This document shows positions 18,140-24,735 of a DNA stretch of 26,139 bases, piece after piece. The notes below the pieces were generated by a model, which worked only from the letters and a program-made list of their open reading frames with translations, made no database searches and had not been told where the DNA came from. Origin of the DNA: Deltaproteobacteria bacterium (lineage in GTDB: Bacteria > Myxococcota_A > UBA9160 > SMWR01); assembly GCA_032128375.1 (NCBI GenBank), contig JAQBGU010000187.1, positions 1 to 26,139 of the forward strand, given 5' to 3'. A program made the position numbers and the translations under genes. How positions within the stretch are numbered: position 1 is the stretch's first letter; each line of letters begins with the position of its first letter.

Positions 18140-18244
18140 CTACCGACTATCGGCTATCGGCTATCGGCTATCGGCTATCGGCTATCGGCTATCGGCTATC
18201 GGCTATCGGCTATCGGCTATCGGCTATCGGCTATCGGCTACCGG
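18140..18244. repeat. Heptamer tandem repeat (CTATCGG)n
   Basis: 13 perfect CTATCGG copies (18147-18237) flanked by degenerate units CTACCGA and CTACCGG; intergenic. Confidence 0.97.
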
Positions 18245-18310
18245 CCTCTGCCGACTTCCGCATTGATTCGGTGAGGTATGGAAGTCGTCTTGACTCGCGT
18301 TCTGGAACTT

Positions 18311-18346
18311 AAGAGAAACGCCCCGAGCTCTCAAGAGCTCGGGGCG
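18311..18346 (-). terminator. Intrinsic terminator after PEP-CTERM gene 1
   Basis: CGCCCCGAGCTC-TCAA-GAGCTCGGGGCG (18319-18346), followed on the minus strand by TTTCTCTT. Confidence 0.85.
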
Positions 18347-18407
18347 AATCATTTCTGACGATCTTTTCAGCACACGGTTAGCCGTGCTGAAGTTTTTCGG
18401 TTCGTAC

Positions 18408-19019
18408 TTAGTTCTTGCGGCGGGCTGCGAAGGCCAGACCACCCAGGCCGAGTGCCAACAACGAAACCGTTCCGGGCTCCGGAACGTTGGTCAGCGAAGC
18501 CCCATTGAGAATGGGTACACTGGTCCCTCCGGACGCTACAACTAGCCCATCGGTTGCGGTAATGGCCGATGTGATGTTGAACGTGCCAAACGGTCCCGGT
18601 CCTTCCTTGTGGAACGTAACCGTACCGAGCAGGTAAGTGGCGCCGATGCCGAGACCGGTACCAACGAACGGAATCAATGCCCCGGCATTGATGTTTCGAA
18701 TCTGCGTGCCCGTATCGGTTACCACACCGAGTGCGAGACCCAATGCATTCCCAGTACCCACGATGTTCTTGAAGGTGACGACAGTCAGCTTGCCTATGGC
18801 ATCGCTGTAGTCGACCGTTACGCCGCCGCCCAACGACAGCTCGTTTTCGCCGTTCCTGAGTCTGACGTGCAGTACGAGGTTAGACGACGTCGATACCGAG
18901 GTGAGGGACGTCGAAACGCCGCCCCACAACAGGTCGATCGTTTGTGCTGCATTTGCGGTAGCCGCAAAGCCGACCAAGGCTACGAGACTACCCAGAGTTC
19001 CTACCAACAAAGTCCGCAT
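18408..19019 (-). CDS. PEP-CTERM exosortase substrate with a cohesin-like beta-sandwich domain (paralog 1)
   Basis: ATG at 19019 with RBS GAGGAG; signal peptide MRTLLVGTLGSLVALVGFAATANA; C-terminal VPEPGTVSLLALGLGGLAFAARRKN. The cohesin-like call is inference. Confidence 0.92.
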   Translation of the reverse strand: MRTLLVGTLGSLVALVGFAATANAAQTIDLLWGGVSTSLTSVSTSSNLVLHVRLRNGENELSLGGGVTVDYSDAIGKLTVVTFKNIVGTGNALGLALGVVTDTGTQIRNINAGALIPFVGTGLGIGATYLLGTVTFHKEGPGPFGTFNITSAITATDGLVVASGGTSVPILNGASLTNVPEPGTVSLLALGLGGLAFAARRKN

Positions 19020-19118
19020 TTTTTGCTTCTCCTCGATTGCGCTGAGTTCTTCAGTGCAAAATTTTCCATTCAGCTGATTTACAGTGGTACAACTTTCATG
19101 ATTCATGATGTGAAACAA

Positions 19119-19511
19119 CTACGGGCAGGCCGTGGTCCCAACCGTCGTCCCGGAAGGACCAGGAGTGCCACCGAAGGAGGCAACGAAGACGCCGAAGTCG
19201 GGGAATCCCGGCGGACCCGTGACGGGCTCTGTGTGATCACACAGAATATTCGCAGGGTTGCCGAACGCCGCGACGAACTGACCGAAGTCGGGGAATCCGA
19301 TGATACCGTCTTGGGTATAGTCTGCGTCACAAACGTTTCCGCAATGGTCGCCGTCCGTGTCGACTTGGCCCGGGTTTGCTTTATCACTGCAGTTGTCGCT
19401 GCAGTCATCAATTGTGTCGGAGTCAGAGTCGCCACAAATTGTTCCGGCGAATGCCGGCGATACTCCAAAAATCAGCAACGCCAGGGTCGCTGTAAGTGCC
19501 ATCAACTTCAT
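19119..19511 (-). CDS. Small secreted protein with thrombospondin type-3-like Ca-binding repeats and a dockerin-like duplicated motif
   Basis: RBS GAGGAG; signal peptide ending in AFA. DSDSDTIDDCSDNC..NPGQVDTDGDHCGNVCD is TSP3-like. Duplicated GFPDFGxFVAxFG, the first copy preceded by the Ca-loop-like DYTQDGII. Confidence 0.85.
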   Translation of the reverse strand: MKLMALTATLALLIFGVSPAFAGTICGDSDSDTIDDCSDNCSDKANPGQVDTDGDHCGNVCDADYTQDGIIGFPDFGQFVAAFGNPANILCDHTEPVTGPPGFPDFGVFVASFGGTPGPSGTTVGTTACP

Positions 19512-19940
19512 TTTGCTCTCCTCTATCTCAGAAACTCAGAAACTCAGAAACTCTCACAATCTCAATTTATCTCTAGATCTCTCGTGGGTCGCGCCTATTA
19601 GCTCAGTTCGTAGCTCAGTTCTTACGCTGCGATCGGTGCATGCCGATTAGGCCAGAGTTTCATACCAAATGTCCAGACTTTTCTGGGGCACCAGCCCCAC
19701 AAATTTTCCGGCACCGGCTCCAGCTTTCCCTTTGGCCCCTTCTGCAGACACTCTTTCAACAGACGACAACTACAACGGACTACAACGGACTCTAAACCGG
19801 GTCCTTCGTGAAACTGCCACACACCCTCTCTCTATCCTATCCTCTATCCTCTATCCTCGGTCCCTCTGTCGCACAGTGACGGTTGCTCATCCGGCCACCG
19901 GATGAAAATGGCCTGAGCGCGTCCATGTACGAGTACGGAT

Positions 19941-19956
19941 TGCAATCCTTATGCCA
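19941..19956 (-). promoter_or_regulatory. Sigma54 (RpoN) -24/-12 promoter
   Basis: Minus strand TGGCATAAGGATTGCA has exact GG-N10-GC spacing and is near consensus TGGCAC-N5-TTGCA. It lies upstream of the dockerin-like/PEP-CTERM genes, and PEP-CTERM genes are commonly sigma54-driven. Confidence 0.8.
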
Positions 19957-19972
19957 CACGCGAGCTATGACG

Positions 19973-19985
19973 TAAGTACTGGATT
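19973..19985 (-). promoter_or_regulatory. IHF-like binding site
   Basis: Minus strand AATCCAGTACTTA versus consensus WATCAANNNNTTR (one mismatch), located between the sigma54 promoter and a candidate enhancer. Confidence 0.5.
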
Positions 19986-20036
19986 TTGTTGAATTGCAAG
20001 TTTTCGATGGGTTCGATGTGGAAAGAACTCGGCTTC

Positions 20037-21647
20037 CTACATAGGGAAAAGATTTTCCTTTGGTAATGCTATTTCCCGTGGGGTTCCCAGTTGGTCCAGG
20101 TGGTGACGAAAGGTCTTATAGAATCCGCGAAGTCGGGCCAGAGCTGCGGCCCTTTCGGCGCCCGAGAGATCGCCGAGCACCGAACTGATTCGAAACGAAA
20201 CCCCTTCGCGCGACCGAGCCCAGGCACTCCTGTCGAGTGCCGTAGCGGCACGCACGACCTCATCGACGAACCCGTTGGTTCCCTCAGCCCAGTCCATTAC
20301 GAGCTTTCGCCGAGTGCCGTTGCCATATCGGAGCACTCGGAGGCGGACCGACCGCTGGTCGGGCGCTAGAACGACCGACTCGCTGCTTTCGATCCACCAG
20401 CCGCTACCCGGGAATGCCGTTTTCGGTGAGAACGGGCTCGACCTGGGCAATTCGTGGCCGCCCACGCCGGCGAATAGCCTCACAGCATCGTCGCCGCGCT
20501 CGTAGCGGCGATCGACATAAGCCCGAAATCCCACGATGCCCATGAACTGACGATCCAACTTCACGGAGGAGGAAGTCCAGCCGTCGAATTCGACCGGGAT
20601 CTGGCTCGATGGAAACGGGCGCGCCAGTTTCCCCGGAGGTTCCCAGCGCGGTGTCAGTTCCGATATCGCGACCAACCCCGCAGAAGCGACCAGCGCGATG
20701 ATCGGCACGCCCAAGCGCCTGCTCCCGCCCGAGGGGCGTGCGGGTCGGGCTGATTGGGTGGCGGGATGCATTTCGCGCCGGGTAGGTGCGGGCACTCGCG
20801 TCGGTAACAGACGCTCGACCCAACCATCGACGACATACAGCGACAACAATCCGACCATCAACACGGCGATCCCCTGCAGGGTATGAATCTCGACGATTTC
20901 CGAATGTGGATTCAAGATGATCGTGACCGCGCGAAGGCCGTTGACGCAGAACGCAGTGCAAGGGGCCAGCAACAGCAGAATGGCCGCGTGAACGCCGCGT
21001 CGCCGGAACAGGTCGACCATCAACACCGCCAGCATCGTCAGCGATTCGACCGACCGCAGCCCGCTACAGGTTTCGATGATCGCAAAATTCTGGTCCGGGC
21101 GGACGATCTGGTCGCCAGTCACGAACGCCGACAACCCCATCGTGTTGAGCAACCAGCCCGTGTACTCGGCGGTCCAGATCTGGAACGTCCACAAGAACTC
21201 GTTGATCAGCGGCGCCGGCGCATGGATCGCAAACGCGAGGAACGTCACCGGCAACCACATCACGCGCAATCCCGGCGTCCCCCAGACCAGGACCACAGCC
21301 GCGGCCAGGTTCGACATCAGCGCGATGACGAGCAGATCGGCAGACCCGGTGTGAGTCGCCCACGCGAAGATCGGCGGGCAAGGAAAAAAGCAGAGCGCCG
21401 CCAGCAGCGGTGACGCCCCATCGCCCGGAAGTGCGCGCAGCCGCGGCCACCTCCGATAGCCGAGCCACGCGGCCAGGACCAACACCACGGGGGGGCCACT
21501 CGAGGTGTTGTTGAACATCAGGGCCTCGACTTCGACCTCCAGCGACGGGGCCGGCGCGAAGTCGACCAGCAGCCTGTAGGCAAGACCAGCGAGAATGACC
21601 GCTACGCATCCCGGCGCCGCAACGCGCAGATCGATCGAGCCAATCAT
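20037..21647 (-). CDS. Exosortase (EpsH family) fused to a C-terminal EpsI-like domain
   Basis: Multi-TM protein with catalytic Cys (IIETCSGLRS), Arg (VNGLRAV) and His (EIHTLQG). C-terminal soluble region IPVEFDGW..RRYERG..SPKTAFPGSGW is EpsI-like. Adjacent to PEP-CTERM genes. Confidence 0.92.
   Translation of the reverse strand: MIGSIDLRVAAPGCVAVILAGLAYRLLVDFAPAPSLEVEVEALMFNNTSSGPPVVLVLAAWLGYRRWPRLRALPGDGASPLLAALCFFPCPPIFAWATHTGSADLLVIALMSNLAAAVVLVWGTPGLRVMWLPVTFLAFAIHAPAPLINEFLWTFQIWTAEYTGWLLNTMGLSAFVTGDQIVRPDQNFAIIETCSGLRSVESLTMLAVLMVDLFRRRGVHAAILLLLAPCTAFCVNGLRAVTIILNPHSEIVEIHTLQGIAVLMVGLLSLYVVDGWVERLLPTRVPAPTRREMHPATQSARPARPSGGSRRLGVPIIALVASAGLVAISELTPRWEPPGKLARPFPSSQIPVEFDGWTSSSVKLDRQFMGIVGFRAYVDRRYERGDDAVRLFAGVGGHELPRSSPFSPKTAFPGSGWWIESSESVVLAPDQRSVRLRVLRYGNGTRRKLVMDWAEGTNGFVDEVVRAATALDRSAWARSREGVSFRISSVLGDLSGAERAAALARLRGFYKTFRHHLDQLGTPREIALPKENLFPM
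20045..20058. promoter_or_regulatory. Candidate upstream activator (bEBP enhancer) palindrome
   Basis: GGAAAA-GA-TTTTCC, about 90 bp upstream of the -24 element and inside the last codons of the exosortase gene. Confidence 0.45.
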
Positions 21648-21758
21648 GCTGACGACGAACCCCCGAACCGGCTAGGTGACCCACTGTCGGACAACCGCAA
21701 CGGGCAAATCGTTTCGAGCCGATGCGATACGTCTACCAGCCCGGCCCCCGATCCGGGG

Positions 21759-22544
21759 TTATGGCCAGGGCTCGAATCCGAAAAACAGGTCGTCATAGTA
21801 GATGTCCGCCGACAGCGCGGCGCCGGCTTCCTTGTTGTCCCAGCGCGCCTCGAAGAAGACCCTCAGATAGTCGTAGTCGGCAGGAACCCTGCCCCACAGG
21901 CTCTCAAAGTCGTCGCGAACCGGCATTTCGAAATACACCCATTCACGGATCGGAGGAGGGCCGGGCCGGACGTTCTGAAGGCGCGCGTTGGTGAGTTCGA
22001 ATGGAGGCTCGGTGACGCCGCCCAGGTAATAGCGAATCTGGTAGTTGTCCAGATGGGTCGCATCGGGGCTACCCGGACTGATCAGCTCGCGCGCCTGTGG
22101 GTCGCCGCTGACGATCACAACGGCTTGGAGATACATGTCCGTCTGTTGCGAGGCGTTCTGCCAGGACTCCACCCAGAACCAGCCCCCGACCCGGGTCGGA
22201 AACCGCGTCGGTGACAATTCCTGGACGGCTCCCGCGACGTGGACGGGGCGCTCGCGGTCTTCTGGCTTCCACGATAGTTGAACGCGGGCCGACCGGTCTC
22301 CGGCGTGGATCGGCGACTCGACCGTTTCAAACCCGACCCACCTCTCGCTGTCGGCGATGTAGCCCCAACCGTCGCTGTGTTGCTCGAAGCCCGGGTTTTC
22401 CAGCTGGTTACCAGCGAGAAGCGGGGTAAGCCGGTTGACTCGTGCGGGCAACTCCGGGACTGAAGCGTTGCGCGCCGGCAACGCACCTCCGCAAGCAGTC
22501 CACAAGCTGCCCGCCGCGAACACCGCGGCCAAGCCGCTACGCAC
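21759..22544 (-). CDS. Hypothetical exported protein or lipoprotein with a possible galactose-binding-like (CBM4/9-like) fold; start uncertain
   Basis: GTG at 22544 gives VRSGLAAVFAAGSLWTAC (lipobox-like). NQLENPGFE..GW at the start and IYYDDLFF at the end are typical of CBM-like jelly-rolls. Confidence 0.6.
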   Translation of the reverse strand: MRSGLAAVFAAGSLWTACGGALPARNASVPELPARVNRLTPLLAGNQLENPGFEQHSDGWGYIADSERWVGFETVESPIHAGDRSARVQLSWKPEDRERPVHVAGAVQELSPTRFPTRVGGWFWVESWQNASQQTDMYLQAVVIVSGDPQARELISPGSPDATHLDNYQIRYYLGGVTEPPFELTNARLQNVRPGPPPIREWVYFEMPVRDDFESLWGRVPADYDYLRVFFEARWDNKEAGAALSADIYYDDLFFGFEPWP

Positions 22545-22787
22545 CCTTGTGGTGTGGCTCAAATGAATCGCCAACCGGTCGGTTGGGTGCCGTGCTCGAC
22601 CTCTAAATTCATGCTGCTCCTTGGCGAGCCTGAGTGCGCGCAACACGCGGGCACGAATTATAGCCGGCTGCGCTCGACCCGCGAACGTCGCAAGCGCTGT
22701 ACCCTCGATCAATCCTGTCGTCGTACGCCATTCGAAACAGTTGAGTCGAACAGTCGAGTCGAAATGAAGCGGGAGGTTCCACTCGAG

Positions 22788-23465
22788 GTGGCGGTATACC
22801 GCTTGACCGACGAACTGCTGTTTCCCGCACCCGAGCAGGCCGACCCGAGTGGCTTGTTGGCGGTCGGCGCCGATCTGCGGGCAGAGCGGTTGCTGCTCGC
22901 GTATTCGCTCGGCATCTTTCCCTGGTACGAACAGGGGCTACCGATTCTCTGGCACAGTCCCGACCCCCGGATGTGCGTCGTTCCGGCGGAGCTTCACGTA
23001 TCGCGCAGTCTGCGCAAAGCGTTGCGCCGCGGTGTGTACGAGGTCCGCTTCGATTCCGCTTTCGATCGCGTGATCCGACATTGCGCGCAGATCCCACGCT
23101 CGCAAGGCGATGGAACCTGGATTACCCCGGAGATGATCGACGCCTACGATCGGCTGTTCGCTCTCGGCTACGCGCATAGCGCGGAGAGCTGGGCGAACGG
23201 TGAACTGGTCGGAGGCTTGTATGGCGTTTCTCTCGGCGGGTGCTTTTTCGGGGAGTCGATGTTTGCATTGCAAAAGAGCGCTTCGAAGATCGCGTTCGCG
23301 ACGCTCGCAGAACGTCTCGTCGATTGGGAGTTCGACCTGATCGACTGCCAGGTGTACACGGAACACTTGTCGCGTTTCGGAGCAAGCCTGTGGCCGCGCG
23401 ACCGCTTCCTCGATGCACTCGCGAAGTCTCTCCAGAAACCAACGCGCAGAGGAACCTGGGCGTAG
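22788..23465 (+). CDS. aat: Leucyl/phenylalanyl-tRNA--protein transferase
   Basis: FPAPEQADPSGLLAVGADL, LLAYSLGIFPW, ILWHSPDPR, TWITPEM, AHSAESW..GELVGGLYGVSLG..FFGESMF, ASKIA, LIDCQV.TEHLSRFGA. Start is either GTG 22788 or ATG 22764. Confidence 0.96.
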   Translation: MAVYRLTDELLFPAPEQADPSGLLAVGADLRAERLLLAYSLGIFPWYEQGLPILWHSPDPRMCVVPAELHVSRSLRKALRRGVYEVRFDSAFDRVIRHCAQIPRSQGDGTWITPEMIDAYDRLFALGYAHSAESWANGELVGGLYGVSLGGCFFGESMFALQKSASKIAFATLAERLVDWEFDLIDCQVYTEHLSRFGASLWPRDRFLDALAKSLQKPTRRGTWA

Positions 23466-23573
23466 CTGCTGCTGCGGTCGCACATCTCCGCGCTCTGGAA
23501 CCCCGAGCACGCACCTGCACGACATGGCTACGCACCAGCGGGGGCTGTCTGCATCCAGCCGGTAGCCGGAGGC

Positions 23574-24725
23574 TCAGTCTTCGAGTTCGGCCAAGATGGT
23601 GGCCCGATCCGCGTCGAGGGCGGGTGCGGCTGGGCGGGTTGCCGGGTCGGCGTAGCCGGACAGTTTGATGGGGTTGCCCGCCATCTGCATGTGTCCACCC
23701 AGACCATCGGGTGCGGACACCACCATGTTTCGGGCTTGCACCTGCGGGTCTGCGAGAACTTGTGCGACGTCATTGAGGGGGCCGCACGGCACGCCAGCCT
23801 GGCCCAATGCGTCGAGCCAGGCGCTGCTGCCGCGGCTGGCGAGTTTCGCCTCGATTCGTTGCTTTAGAGGTTGCGCGTTCTCGGTACGCGCTGCATTGCT
23901 CGAAAAGCGCGGGTCCGATGCGAGTTGTGGCTCTCCGAGGACATCGCACAGGCGGGCAAATAGGCCGTCGTTGCCGGCTGCAATCACCACGTATCCATCT
24001 CGGGTCGCAAACGCGTCGAATGGCGTGATCGAGGGATGGCGCGCACCGATCGGCCCTGGGACTTCTCCTGTCGCTGCGTAGCGGGCGATCGCGTTCTCGA
24101 GGATCGCGACCTGGCAATCGAGCAGCGCCACATCGATGCGGCTCCCTACGCCACTGCGAAAGCGATCGACGAGCGCCGCCTGGATGCCGATCGCCGTGAA
24201 CAAACCCGCAGTGATGTCGCCCAGCGAAGTCCCGACACGCGTCGGTGGAGAACCGGGGTGCCCCGTCAGGCTCATGACACCCCCCATCGCCTGAACCACC
24301 ACATCGTATGCGGGACGCCCAGCGTACGGGCCGGTTTGCCCGAAACCCGAAGTACTGGCGACGACGAGTCGGGGGAAGCGGTCGTGGAGTGTGTCCCAGC
24401 CGTACCCCAGCCGCTGCATCACGCCGGGCCTGAAATTTTCGACCAGCACATCGGCCTTGGCGAGCAGCCTATCGAAGATTCTGCGGTCAGCGTCGTCCTT
24501 CAGATCGAGGGCAATGCTCTGCTTACCGCGGTTCAGTGACGAAAAGTACGCCGAGCGATCCCCAACGAAAGGACCGATCGCGCGCGCGTCATCGCCGCGT
24601 ACGGGGTTCTCTACCTTGATCACGCGCGCGCCGAGATCGGCGAGAACCATCGTGCAATAGGGCCCCGCCAGCACCCGGGTCAGGTCGAGCACCAGCGTGC
24701 CGGAAAGCGGCCCAGGGCCAGTCAC
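23574..24725 (-). CDS. Family III CoA-transferase (CaiB/BaiF)
   Basis: VLDLTRVLAGPYCTMVLADLGARVIKVE, NRGKQSIALDLK, ADVLVENFRPG, catalytic Asp in GTSLGDITAG. Confidence 0.95.
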   Translation of the reverse strand: MTGPGPLSGTLVLDLTRVLAGPYCTMVLADLGARVIKVENPVRGDDARAIGPFVGDRSAYFSSLNRGKQSIALDLKDDADRRIFDRLLAKADVLVENFRPGVMQRLGYGWDTLHDRFPRLVVASTSGFGQTGPYAGRPAYDVVVQAMGGVMSLTGHPGSPPTRVGTSLGDITAGLFTAIGIQAALVDRFRSGVGSRIDVALLDCQVAILENAIARYAATGEVPGPIGARHPSITPFDAFATRDGYVVIAAGNDGLFARLCDVLGEPQLASDPRFSSNAARTENAQPLKQRIEAKLASRGSSAWLDALGQAGVPCGPLNDVAQVLADPQVQARNMVVSAPDGLGGHMQMAGNPIKLSGYADPATRPAAPALDADRATILAELED

Positions 24726-24735
24726 GCGAAACGCG

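Noticed and set aside
18140..18244. Possible CRISPR array
   Set aside because: A pure 7-bp tandem repeat with no unique spacers and no cas genes.
17941..18312. Plus-strand ORFs containing (YRLSAIG)n
   Set aside because: These are translations of the CTATCGG heptamer tract and are antisense to a better-supported gene; no coding evidence.
18609..19601. 330-aa plus-strand ORF
   Set aside because: Antisense to two genes that have clear signal peptides, RBSs and motifs.
19512..19930. c-di-GMP or other known riboswitch in the long leader
   Set aside because: I could not find the conserved GEMM-type motifs by eye; an Rfam search is needed.
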